This document shows positions 1-9,329 of a stretch of DNA of 52,426 nucleotides, one piece after another (the first letter of the stretch is position 1; each line of letters begins with the position of its first letter). The notes beneath the pieces were generated by a model. That model did not search any database. It was not told the origin of the DNA and saw nothing but the letters and a program-made list of their open reading frames with translations. The position numbers and the translations under genes were made by a program. The DNA comes from a virus (taxonomy: Duplodnaviria > Caudoviricetes), in IMG/VR virus record IMGVR_UViG_3300030099_001111, positions 1 to 52,426 of that record. The stretch is one strand, 5' to 3'.

Positions 1-190
1 CTTTAACCTCTTGAGCTATCAAACCTTCATCAGACTTGCCATCTGCTTTCCAGTCGTAAGCAACTGGGTTGAGTTTGTTGATAACTTCTAAACCTCTGGC
101 AGACCCTGTGATGTCTTTTAATCTAGCATCGGATGATGTGTTGTAAGTTGTGGCTGAACCTGTGATTGAAATAGTACCTACTGTTGTGCC
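1..190. repeat. Diverged direct copy of 49714-49903 (S74 chaperone region of the fibre)
   Basis: ctttaacctcttgagctatcaaacc... aligns without gaps from 49714, with scattered, mostly synonymous substitutions. Confidence 0.9.
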
Positions 191-3100
191 ATCTTTAGCA
201 AATATTGCAATGTCTCCATTATTATTTAAACGATTAAGTGCTAATGGTGGACCTTGATAACGAGCAGCAGCTATATAACCTTTGATACCTGCTACACCAA
301 TGTTAATGCCCGGATTATTTCCTGAATTATTTGTAACATTGTTATCAGTAGTACCAACCAATAAGTTACCTGAACTGTCTATACGCATACGTTCTGAAGC
401 ACCAGTAAATGTTGCCACATACTCTTCGTTTGAATGATACCTATGTCCAGCATCAACATTATTTGAAGCTGTAGCGGCAGCAAAAACATACTCACTACCA
501 GTAGTTTCTAGTTTTATATTTCCATTTACTTGTAGCTCTTGAGTAGGCGAAGTAGTTCCTATACCAACGTTGCCTTCTTGAGTGATACGCATTTTCTCAG
601 CAACACTACCACTATTAGCAGTATGGAATGATAAGTCACCACCTTGTCCTGAATCTGTGTTTGTCTCTACGTCTGCTCTTATTTTTGCATAAACTGCTTC
701 AGTGCCATTAGCTGTATTAAAACTAAAATCTAAAGCAGAAGCCGCAGAAACAGATGAATTAGGTCTATGTAAATTTAATAAACCAAATTGGTCAACTCTG
801 ACATCAAGTGCTGAAGCTGGTGAGGTTGTGCCTATACCAACGTTGCCTGTTGGGTTTAACACGATGTCTGTGTCTGCTGTAGTAGTTTCTAAAGTTAGTC
901 CTTCTCTACCGTCAATGACAAAACCACTTGTTGCATAGGAATGTATTTTATCTTCTTCATAGAAGCTTACATTTGAACCATTTTCAACTCTTACTATACC
1001 ACCATTAACATGAAGCTTCTCACTAGGCGAACTCGTGCCGATGCCTACGTTGCCTGAACTGTCTATTCTGGCTTTTTCAGTGCCATCTACATTAAATCCT
1101 AATATACTTCCTGCTGATTCGTTATTGATGTCTGCACTTATAAATAAACTACCAGCACCCGAACCTGCTGAAATGTGACTATCAGCATTTGTATCTGTAT
1201 CTGTTAAAAGTATTCTTGGAAAAGTACTTGCTATATGCAGATTAGCACTTGGCGAACTAGTTCCTATACCAACGTTGCCAGAAGTATCTATTCTGAATCT
1301 TTCTGCATAATTTGTACTAAGAGTTAAAGCAGTTCCGTTAGAACCTACTCGTATTTGGTCAGCAGTAGAGCTTGTATTACCAAATGTAATAAATGAAGAT
1401 GTCCCACCAGTATTTTTAAAATTACTAAGAATTGTAGTACCACTTGCATTTACGTCTAATTTTCTAGTTGGCGAAATAGTTCCTATGCCAACATTGCCAT
1501 TTGTACCAGTAATATACATTCTAGTATTTCCTGTGCTTGAAAGAGATGTTGCGTTGGTGTTGAAATATAAATCATTAGCAGAGCCTAGTAATAAGTTTTC
1601 ACCACTTGATGAGATTAAAGCTAGATTATCGAAACCATCATCACCAATTTTATGACTATCGCCAACTTCTATTTCACCAGTAACATCTATACCTGATGAC
1701 TTTATTTTTAATACATTAGCTGTTGTATTATTACCAAAAATGAACTCTCCCTCAACTGAAGCAATTTTAAAATTGTGACCTGCGTTTGCAGAAGAACCAG
1801 CAGTAGAAGTAAAAACATTTAAAAGTCTTAAATTAGCTGTACCACCTGTAAAATATGTATCGCCTTCTGCTGCTCCTTGAACAGTTAATCTACCTGAAGG
1901 CGAAGTAGTGCCTATGCCGACATTGCCATCTTGTTTTACAGTCATCTTTTGACTTTCAGAACCACTTGTTCCAGTCCAGAAGGTGACATCACCATACTCA
2001 TTAATAATGTCGAACTGACCAGCATTTTGATATCTTAAAAATGCTCTTCTTGTCGTGTCTTGGTCAAATCTTAAATTTGGTGAACCTGTAGAACCTGCTT
2101 GTATTTTTATGTAAGGGTTTTGCTCTGTAGCTACAATATTTCCAGCTACATCTAGCTTTTCGTCTGGCGAACTCGTTCCGATGCCAACGTTGCCTGAAAA
2201 GTCTTGGACAAAAGAACTTGGGTGAGAAGATGAGCCTATATTTAATTTACCATTGGAGTCTTTCCAAATTCTATGACTTACAGCATTACTACTTGTTATA
2301 GCAATACCATCATTTAATGTGTCACCTTTTTGTTTTACTATTACTGTACCACCTGTTGTTGCTGCACCAGTTCCACCATTAACTTCAAGTAAACTAGCTG
2401 GTGAAGTAGTACCTATGCCAAGACCTGTTGAAGTAAATCTAGCTCTTTCTGTGCTTTCTGTTTGAAAACTTAAAGCTGTACTAGTTGTTAAAATACTTGC
2501 AAAACCAGTACCTTGTTTTAAATCTAAGTTTTTAGAAGCAGTAGTATTTGTAATTCTTAATGGGTGGTTAAAAGTATCGTGTCCGCTTACTGTTAAGGGT
2601 GAGCCACTTGTAGTAGTAATAGCTACTGAACCACTAGATGTTAAACCATCAACAACTGCTGTACCTGTAACATCTATACCTGTTGAGGTTGTGGCTAGTT
2701 TTTGTGAACCTGAGTGTTTTAGATTTATTGCACCGCCAGTACGAGCAGTAAGCATTGTTTGGCTATTAGCTGTGTCAAAGAAATTAATTTCATCACCATT
2801 AGTTCTTAAAGATAAGTTTCCTGTACCTGTATCTTGTATAAAACTAGCATTACCATTGTGATATATTTGTAAATCTTGACTTGCACCTAGTCTGATTCTG
2901 TCGTTGTCGCCAAAGTCAAGACCATGTGAAAATTCAAAAACATCATTACTAGCGTTCCAAAGTAAAGTGGCATCAGTAGAAGCATCAACCGCATCTTGGA
3001 TAGTAATTCCAGCACCATCGGCTGTTGAGCTTGAATCGCCTGTGGAGTAATTGATTGTTATGTTTTTGTCTTCGACATTTAGATTGGTTGTGTCGATTGT

Positions 3101-5482
3101 TGTTGTGGTTCCAGAGACTGTGAGATTACCATCTATATTAGCATTACCAGAAAGGTGAAGGTCTTTGAATCTTGCACCACTAGCACCTAAATCTATTGCA
3201 GCATCTCTATCACCTGATGAACCTGATTGTGCTGGTAATATAGAATCACCACCATCACTAAATCTTAAACCAGTATCACCTGTTCCTATTGTTATGTCGC
3301 CTATTCTTGTACCAATAGTACCGACAACAGTGTCATCTTTAGCAAATTTTTGGATGATACCATCAGATGTTTTTCTGTTAAGGTATAAAGGTTCTCCACC
3401 ATCTCTAGCAATAGAAGCAAAACCTGAAGCACCATCAAATCTAAAACCAACTGTAGCATTATCAACTGCTGTTTTACCTATTAATAGTCTGCCTGAACTG
3501 TCTATTCTCATGCGTTCAGTATTGCCACCAGTAGCAAAAAGCATATTAGTTTGTGACCTAATAGCTAAATCATCTACTGCTGAGCCACTTATCATATCTC
3601 CTGTTGATGTAGGAACTTGTATGCCACCTTTGAATGTGCCACCATTTAAAAACCTAAGTCTTAAATCATCTGTTCCATTAATGTCATTACTACCTGAAGA
3701 AGTAATAGCACCAGTAACATCTATACCTGATGAGGTTGTTTCAAACTTTTTACTGTTGTCGTGATAAAGTTCTACAGCACCATTAGCTGTGCCATGTAAA
3801 AAACTTTCACCACTAGCTGCTTGTAGTCTTAATTGTGTAGCTCTTATTAATAAGCTGCCAGAACCTTTTTCATCTATAAAAGAATTTGCACCATCAGAAT
3901 ATATTTCTAAATCTTGACTAGCACCTAGTCTAATCTTTTCGTTGTCGCCTAGGTCTATTTGGTCGGCATATATCACACCATCTATGTATAAGTCTTTCCA
4001 TTCCTGTGAAGAACTGCCGAGGTCATAAGTATTGTCATCGTCTGGAATAATGTTTGAATCAATATCAGCTCCGAAAGAAACTGTGTCGGTTGCTGCGTTA
4101 CCAAAGGTTAGATTACCGTTGACTGTCAAGTTGCCTGTAACTAAAGCATCTCCTGCAACGTGTAGTAATGAACTAGGAGAACTTGTACCGATGCCTATGT
4201 TGCCTGATGAGTCTATTCTAAATCTTTCAACACCAGCAGTATTAAATATCATACTATCAACACCATGTGCATAGCGAATAAGACCTACATCATTATCAGC
4301 ACTATCACCAAATGCAATACGACCATCTGCACCAAGAATACTTAAACCTACATTAAATGGGTGTTCTAAAACAAGTTCTTGAGCAAGGTCTGAACGTGTA
4401 GCTCCAGATGAACTACGAACAATATTTAAATTACCTTGAGGCGAAGCAGTACCTATACCTACTCTATTATTACTAGAATCTACTTTAAGTGTTGAAGTAT
4501 CTACAGTTAAATCACCAGAGACTGCTAAGCTTGATAGGGTACCAAGACTTGTAATATTTGTTTGGGCTGCAGTTAGAACAGAGCCTGTTAGATTTCCTGC
4601 GACATTACCAGTTACATCGCCTGTCAAGTCTCCTGTCACATTTCCTGTCACATTACCGGTGACATTACCTGTAACGTTTCCTGTCAAATCTCCTGTAACA
4701 TCACCAGTCACATTACCAGTCACATTACCTGTAACATTACCAGTCACGTTTCCTGTTAGAGCTGCTTCAACTGTACCAGCTACAAAAGTTTCTGAACCTA
4801 CTGTCCATTTATCTGTGGTTTCATTCCATATTAAAGTCTTGTTAGTGCTTGTGCCTCGTTCTATTTCAATCCCACCGTTCTGTGATGGTGTTCCTGTCTC
4901 ATCTGAATTAAGGACAATGATGTTATCACCGATATTAACTTCATTACTGTTGACTGTGGTTGTTGTCCCGGAAACGGTTAGATTACCACCTATAATAACA
5001 TTGCCAGATGTATCAACTGTGGTAAATGTAGCTGCTGCTGCTGTAGTGCCACCAATAGTTACGTTATCTAGTGTGCCACCATTAATATCTGCAGTGTCGG
5101 CTACTAAGCTATCTATGTTAGCTGTGCCATCTATAAATAAATCTTTAAACTCTAAAGAGCTTGAGCCGAGGTCAATATCGTTGTCTGTAACTGGTAGGAT
5201 AGCTCCATCGGCTATGTAGAGTTGTTGGACAGGATTACTACTAACTTCTATATAGAACTCAATGTGATTATTAGCACTATCTATTAAGACTTTATTGTTC
5301 GGTGTTGTTTCTCCAGCATCACCTATTAGTCCTATAACTGGACCTTCACTAGCTGTACCATCGTGTTTGTGACCAGTAGCATTACTAAAAACTGCTAATA
5401 AATGGTCATACTCATTGTTAAATAATGCTGCGGTGATGGTATCGCCATCAGTAAATGTACTTTGTCGGGTATATCCTGCCAT
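2..5482 (-). CDS. Giant modular tail fibre, N-terminal part plus distal version A; runs off the left edge
   Basis: Not in the ORF track, presumably because it has no stop in the window. ATG at 5482 gives MAGYTRQSTFTDGDTITAALFNNEYDHLL. Spot-checked GNVGIGTxSP repeats (546, 1026, 1251, 1470, 1899, 2166, 4440) are all in this frame. It ends in SDARLKD...YDWKADGKSDEGLIAQEVK, a peptidase S74 intramolecular chaperone motif. Confidence 0.9.
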   Translation of the reverse strand, partial: MAGYTRQSTFTDGDTITAALFNNEYDHLLAVFSNATGHKHDGTASEGPVIGLIGDAGETTPNNKVLIDSANNHIEFYIEVSSNPVQQLYIADGAILPVTDNDIDLGSSSLEFKDLFIDGTANIDSLVADTADINGGTLDNVTIGGTTAAAATFTTVDTSGNVIIGGNLTVSGTTTTVNSNEVNIGDNIIVLNSDETGTPSQNGGIEIERGTSTNKTLIWNETTDKWTVGSETFVAGTVEAALTGNVTGNVTGNVTGNVTGDVTGDLTGNVTGNVTGNVTGNVTGDLTGDVTGNVAGNLTGSVLTAAQTNITSLGTLSSLAVSGDLTVDTSTLKVDSSNNRVGIGTASPQGNLNIVRSSSGATRSDLAQELVLEHPFNVGLSILGADGRIAFGDSADNDVGLIRYAHGVDSMIFNTAGVERFRIDSSGNIGIGTSSPSSLLHVAGDALVTGNLTVNGNLTFGNAATDTVSFGADIDSNIIPDDDNTYDLGSSSQEWKDLYIDGVIYADQIDLGDNEKIRLGASQDLEIYSDGANSFIDEKGSGSLLIRATQLRLQAASGESFLHGTANGAVELYHDNSKKFETTSSGIDVTGAITSSGSNDINGTDDLRLRFLNGGTFKGGIQVPTSTGDMISGSAVDDLAIRSQTNMLFATGGNTERMRIDSSGRLLIGKTAVDNATVGFRFDGASGFASIARDGGEPLYLNRKTSDGIIQKFAKDDTVVGTIGTRIGDITIGTGDTGLRFSDGGDSILPAQSGSSGDRDAAIDLGASGARFKDLHLSGNANIDGNLTVSGTTTTIDTTNLNVEDKNITINYSTGDSSSTADGAGITIQDAVDASTDATLLWNASNDVFEFSHGLDFGDNDRIRLGASQDLQIYHNGNASFIQDTGTGNLSLRTNGDEINFFDTANSQTMLTARTGGAINLKHSGSQKLATTSTGIDVTGTAVVDGLTSSGSVAITTTSGSPLTVSGHDTFNHPLRITNTTASKNLDLKQGTGFASILTTSTALSFQTESTERARFTSTGLGIGTTSPASLLEVNGGTGAATTGGTVIVKQKGDTLNDGIAITSSNAVSHRIWKDSNGKLNIGSSSHPSSFVQDFSGNVGIGTSSPDEKLDVAGNIVATEQNPYIKIQAGSTGSPNLRFDQDTTRRAFLRYQNAGQFDIINEYGDVTFWTGTSGSESQKMTVKQDGNVGIGTTSPSGRLTVQGAAEGDTYFTGGTANLRLLNVFTSTAGSSANAGHNFKIASVEGEFIFGNNTTANVLKIKSSGIDVTGEIEVGDSHKIGDDGFDNLALISSSGENLLLGSANDLYFNTNATSLSSTGNTRMYITGTNGNVGIGTISPTRKLDVNASGTTILSNFKNTGGTSSFITFGNTSSTADQIRVGSNGTALTLSTNYAERFRIDTSGNVGIGTSSPSANLHIASTFPRILLTDTDTNADSHISAGSGAGSLFISADINNESAGSILGFNVDGTEKARIDSSGNVGIGTSSPSEKLHVNGGIVRVENGSNVSFYEEDKIHSYATSGFVIDGREGLTLETTTADTDIVLNPTGNVGIGTTSPASALDVRVDQFGLLNLHRPNSSVSAASALDFSFNTANGTEAVYAKIRADVETNTDSGQGGDLSFHTANSGSVAEKMRITQEGNVGIGTTSPTQELQVNGNIKLETTGSEYVFAAATASNNVDAGHRYHSNEEYVATFTGASERMRIDSSGNLLVGTTDNNVTNNSGNNPGINIGVAGIKGYIAAARYQGPPLALNRLNNNGDIAIFAKDGTTVGTISITGSATTYNTSSDARLKDITGSARGLEVINKLNPVAYDWKADGKSDEGLIAQEVK
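546..4445 (-). repeat. Dispersed GIGTxSP module-junction repeats (10 copies) in the tail fibre
   Basis: Junctions at 546, 819, 1026, 1251, 1470, 1899, 2166, 2400, 4176, 4440; + strand consensus ggcgaagtagttcctataccaacgttgcc. Confidence 0.9.
1497..1570. repeat. 74-nt exact copy of the window end (52353-52426)
   Basis: ccatttgtaccagtaatatac...ggtgttgaaatataa is identical at both places and in the same reading frame. Confidence 0.95.
4584..4759 (-). repeat. Degenerate 12-nt tandem repeat encoding (G-N/D-V/L-T)n in the tail fibre
   Basis: acattaccagtc/tcctgtcaca units translate to TGNVTGNVTGNVTGDVTGDLTGNVT... Confidence 0.9.
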
Positions 5483-5485
5483 GTC

Positions 5486-7090
5486 TTATCTCCTGCCTGA
5501 AGGTATATAATCTACATAAAAACCATTTATAATGTAGGGTGAATTTGAATCATTACTTGAGAATCTAAAATTGTTACTATGTCCGCTACCTACTAGTGAT
5601 TCTCTAACTAGTGGTTGCTCGGCTGCTCCAAATATTGCTTGACCAAATACAGATTGACCAAAAAGTGAGGGAGCAGGTACTGAATCTAATACTATATCAT
5701 CTGGCTGTGGTATATCAGAGCTACTATAATCATATCTGACTCTAAGTGTTGGTTGTATATTACTCTCTGGTGTTATAGATATTTTAATATAATGCAAAGT
5801 TTTTAATGTACCAAAGTCTCCATAATCATAATCTGGTGTTTCATAAATAGCATTTATGTTAGTTCCATCAAAACTATGTCCAACATCATGGGTATAAACA
5901 AAACCATTAGTATCGCCATGATAGTAAACTTCAACACCATTGTTATCAAAGTTTGAGTTGACACTAGTTACTTCTAAACCTAATAATTCTGACCATTGAA
6001 AACCATTTGGTCTTAAGGTACCTACTATGCCCTTTTGAGCTGAGTTAGCTAGTACTACATTAGTGTAATAAAGTCTGTATTGTGATTTTTCTCTAATAAC
6101 TAAACTATTAATAACAAAGTCATCTATGTTTCTAGCTAGTTCACTAACAATAGGTTGTATTTGTTTTGAAACTGTACCTAACTCAACGTCACCAATTCTT
6201 GCTGTTCCGGCAACTGTTCTAAAACCATCAGCTGCTAAAAATAATAAATCACCACCAATCTCTTGAATACTATAACCACTTAAACAACCTACGTTATCAG
6301 TAATTGGGTCTATCCTAACTGTATCAGAGTTATGAAGATTAATAAGTTTATGAATACTATTTTCACAAAATATAATTAAATCTTCACGGAAACCTTTAAT
6401 ACCTACAACTTGGTCTGATAAAGTAAAACTACCACCAGCTGCAAAGTTATCAAAATCATTAACTTGACTATGAAAAACAGTATTTAAGTTACCTGCCACC
6501 CCTGCTGCTATTAAATGATTATCGTGAATAGTTATAAACTTAACTCCATTACTACCACTAACAGTTATTTCAGCAGAAAAAAATGTTCTAGTATTTAAAG
6601 CTCCTGTACCTTCCATACGAAAGCTATAAATTTTATTAGCTCCATCAGCTATAAAAACTTCACCATAGTCAAAGGTAGCACCTTCAGCTAAAGCAAAAGT
6701 ACATTGACCTTGATTAGTTCTATTTAAAATACTACGACCTGTAAAAGTTGTATGATTATCTCCACTGCCTGAAACTGAACTTCGATTTATTTGTAACCAA
6801 GTAGCTCCATCATTAGTAAAATATATATCATCACTAACACAAGCTATAACTCCATCAGCATAAGGAAAAACTCCTAAAATAGTAGCAGTACTTCCAGCTG
6901 GTTGAGCTGCAGTTACATCACCTACTTTATATTTAGCATAACCATTTACTCTACGATAACCACCTTCAATAGAAACTTCAAAGTTTTGTAGTTTAGTTGC
7001 TACTCCGGGAGTTTTTAATAAATCAATAGCATTAGATGAGGTTAGTAAACCACCATCACATGCTACTGTATAGGGTTGAGAACGTGCCAT
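5486..7090 (-). CDS. Tail nozzle / tail tubular protein B-like (P22 gp10 or T7 gp12 position)
   Basis: 534 aa, beta-propeller-like, GCLSGYSIQEIGGDLLFLAADG motif, lies between adaptor and fibre. Confidence 0.75.
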   Translation of the reverse strand: MARSQPYTVACDGGLLTSSNAIDLLKTPGVATKLQNFEVSIEGGYRRVNGYAKYKVGDVTAAQPAGSTATILGVFPYADGVIACVSDDIYFTNDGATWLQINRSSVSGSGDNHTTFTGRSILNRTNQGQCTFALAEGATFDYGEVFIADGANKIYSFRMEGTGALNTRTFFSAEITVSGSNGVKFITIHDNHLIAAGVAGNLNTVFHSQVNDFDNFAAGGSFTLSDQVVGIKGFREDLIIFCENSIHKLINLHNSDTVRIDPITDNVGCLSGYSIQEIGGDLLFLAADGFRTVAGTARIGDVELGTVSKQIQPIVSELARNIDDFVINSLVIREKSQYRLYYTNVVLANSAQKGIVGTLRPNGFQWSELLGLEVTSVNSNFDNNGVEVYYHGDTNGFVYTHDVGHSFDGTNINAIYETPDYDYGDFGTLKTLHYIKISITPESNIQPTLRVRYDYSSSDIPQPDDIVLDSVPAPSLFGQSVFGQAIFGAAEQPLVRESLVGSGHSNNFRFSSNDSNSPYIINGFYVDYIPSGRR

Positions 7091-7093
7091 TAA

Positions 7094-7861
7094 TTAAAAG
7101 TATCTTCTGTCGTCTGTCATTACTCTTGGTGTTGGATTAATTAAATTAGATTTCATACTTTTCATAGCTTTTCTAAAGTCTTCTAAAGCAAAAGCTGCTT
7201 GTTGAGGTGACTCTTTAAACTGCCATACATAATATCTAACCCTAGAGGTAATAACATTTGTATATTGTTCTGGAAGGACTACTGTATCACTATGAGCTGA
7301 TAAAGCTGTTGGTTTAACAAAAGCATAAAAATGCACGTTATAAGTTTTATCAGGTATAGGACTTAATCCAAATTTTCTATTATCTGGAGATTTAATTACG
7401 AATTTAGGCTCTCCATAGCCTTGTGTATCAGCATCATCAGCATTTTCACTATCTCTATAATATCTTCTCCAATCAGCAAGATTTAAAAACTTTAAACCTC
7501 TAGAAACAAAAGGAGCTGATTCTCCTCCTACTCCAATAGTAGTAATATAAAAATCATCCCAATCTATTGAAGCAAAATCAGTTGCAATACTAGAACTACC
7601 TGATTTTAAAATATACCATCTAGTTCCTGCTGTAGTTGCCACTGTTACATTACCATAAAATGGGTCTGAAGTACCACTAAGATTGTTAGCAAAAAAAGGT
7701 AACTGTGGTTCAGCATTAGCAATATCAAAAATTGCTTTGTTTACCATGTCTTTTACAAAAGCTTGTAAGCCTTTAGCGTTACCAAAATTTGATGAAGTTA
7801 AAGGAACTTCATTAAGCTCTCTTAATACTTCATTAGTAATATCAAGATAAGTTGTAGCCAT
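7094..7861 (-). CDS. Head-tail adaptor / tail tubular protein A-like
   Basis: TYLDITNEVLRELNE N-terminus and LSPIPDKTY motif; downstream of the capsid gene. Confidence 0.75.
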   Translation of the reverse strand: MATTYLDITNEVLRELNEVPLTSSNFGNAKGLQAFVKDMVNKAIFDIANAEPQLPFFANNLSGTSDPFYGNVTVATTAGTRWYILKSGSSSIATDFASIDWDDFYITTIGVGGESAPFVSRGLKFLNLADWRRYYRDSENADDADTQGYGEPKFVIKSPDNRKFGLSPIPDKTYNVHFYAFVKPTALSAHSDTVVLPEQYTNVITSRVRYYVWQFKESPQQAAFALEDFRKAMKSMKSNLINPTPRVMTDDRRYF

Positions 7862-8082
7862 TATTTACCTACTTTTTTCTGTGCTGCTTTATGTGCTTGT
7901 GTAAAAGTTTTACCTCTTTTCATCATAGCTGTCATAGCTTTCATGTGTTTGCCAGTATGATGAACTGAATGTTTTTTCATAGTTGCTTGTTGTCTAGTAG
8001 TTAAAGCAGACACATCAGCACCTTTTATCATAACTTTTTTAACTTTTTTACCTGTAGCCATTTTTTTACGTTTACCGTACAT
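7861..8082 (-). CDS. Small basic protein (LKKHSxHHxxKHM...GxTFxxAHKxA type)
   Basis: K/H-rich 73 aa ORF, translationally coupled to both neighbours. Confidence 0.7.
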   Translation of the reverse strand: MYGKRKKMATGKKVKKVMIKGADVSALTTRQQATMKKHSVHHTGKHMKAMTAMMKRGKTFTQAHKAAQKKVGK

Positions 8083-8288
8083 TATTTTTCTCCTGATATT
8101 TTCATTGTATTATATCCTACCATTTCAACACACTTTTTTTCTTTTTCATAAATATCAGCGTACCTTGAAACAGAACCACCGTCAGCATAATTCATACGAC
8201 CACCGCCCATTTTATTATTTCTAGGCTTCATGTCATACATCATACCACCACCCATCTTTTTCTTTCTTTTTTTATCTTCGTAATACAT
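8082..8288 (-). CDS. Small basic protein with MGGG/YADGG motifs
   Basis: Start revised to ATG 8288 (AAGGAG RBS); the longer ORF-track version runs through the capsid terminator. Confidence 0.65.
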   Translation of the reverse strand: MYYEDKKRKKKMGGGMMYDMKPRNNKMGGGRMNYADGGSVSRYADIYEKEKKCVEMVGYNTMKISGEK

Positions 8289-8302
8289 TTTTCTCCTTAT
8301 AT

Positions 8303-8330
8303 AAAAATGGAAGGCTCCGAAGAGCCTCCC
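8303..8330 (-). terminator. Intrinsic terminator after the major capsid gene
   Basis: GGGAGGCTC-TTCG-GAGCCTTCC-ATTTTT, a C(UUCG)G hairpin at the T7 T-phi-like position. Confidence 0.8.
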
Positions 8331-8338
8331 GAATATCA

Positions 8339-9301
8339 TTAGTCTACAACGTAGAAAGCTGATACTAGTGCTTTTGGTCTTAGAACTTTTGCTCCGTAGA
8401 CATGCAACCCTCTAACAATATCACCAAATGAACTTGGGTCTCTTAAGACTTCAGTTGAAGTGATTGTTTGAGCAGTTGAAACGGAAGAAATGTGTCCAGC
8501 AAGGACTTTACCAGTAGCATTAGAAGTTGCAGCAATATTATTTGATTTGTACATATTGAAGCCTCTTAACTTACCACTTGATACTAGTCCATTTCTAATT
8601 GAACCTTGTCCTGCGTTAAAGTCTACTGAAAGCAGTTTTGAACCAGACTGTGCTAACTCTTCATAAAATGAAGGAGGAGCAACAAACCATCTACCTTCTT
8701 CAGGTACATTTTGGTCGTCTAGTAATCTTGCCATTCTAGCCATTAAGTCAATCGCATCTACACCAGTTCCATCAGAACCTAATAGGTCAACAGAATTAGT
8801 TGCGTGTGTCATTGATGAATCTGCAGTTGCACTGTCTGAACCAATAATATGGTCTGGTGAACTTGCAGATACACCTGAAAACATCTTAGCCATAACACCT
8901 GCATCGAATGCATCTCTTAAGGCATAAGCAGCAGATGAACTTGCTACTTCTTTGAAGTTTACATGTGACATTTGACTCTCAATATCATCTACGATGAATT
9001 TGAAAGCATTAGCAGTGTCAACAATTAATGTTGTTTCTGCATCAGTTAGTGCTGTTTTAGTTACATCAGCACCTCTTTCGTATTGAAAGACTGTGATTTC
9101 TGGTTCGTTAATTATTTTAACAGTATCGCCAAATCCTGAAATCTCACCTGCGTAGTCTGTGTTTGTTATTGCTTCGACAACAGAGGCTTTCCTAAAAAAG
9201 TTTAAGACCTTCTTGGAATAAATTTCAGGTAGAAAGGCATTGTTACTAAAGTTCGAACCAGAACTTTGTGCGAAATTTTGGTCGCTTACGTTAAAAGCCA
9301 T
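8339..9301 (-). CDS. Major capsid protein
   Basis: 320 aa; FLPEIYSKKVL...ITNTDYAGEI..FGDTVKI and FGDIVRGLHVYGAKVLRP motifs; follows the scaffold gene. Confidence 0.9.
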   Translation of the reverse strand: MAFNVSDQNFAQSSGSNFSNNAFLPEIYSKKVLNFFRKASVVEAITNTDYAGEISGFGDTVKIINEPEITVFQYERGADVTKTALTDAETTLIVDTANAFKFIVDDIESQMSHVNFKEVASSSAAYALRDAFDAGVMAKMFSGVSASSPDHIIGSDSATADSSMTHATNSVDLLGSDGTGVDAIDLMARMARLLDDQNVPEEGRWFVAPPSFYEELAQSGSKLLSVDFNAGQGSIRNGLVSSGKLRGFNMYKSNNIAATSNATGKVLAGHISSVSTAQTITSTEVLRDPSSFGDIVRGLHVYGAKVLRPKALVSAFYVVD

Positions 9302-9329
9302 TTTATTTTCTCCTTAAAATAAAAATAAT

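Noticed and set aside
1-1570. Diversity-generating retroelement (TR/VR pair) explaining the duplicated fibre segments
   Set aside because: No reverse transcriptase is present, and differences between copies are mostly synonymous and not adenine-specific.
702-5219. + strand ORFs 702-938, 3165-3764, 4032-4274, 4659-5219
   Set aside because: Antisense shadows of the repetitive tail-fibre gene; VVPIPTLP is GNVGIGTT read backwards on the other strand.
8289-8339. N-terminal extension of ORF 8082-8339
   Set aside because: It runs through the capsid terminator hairpin; a good RBS precedes ATG 8288.
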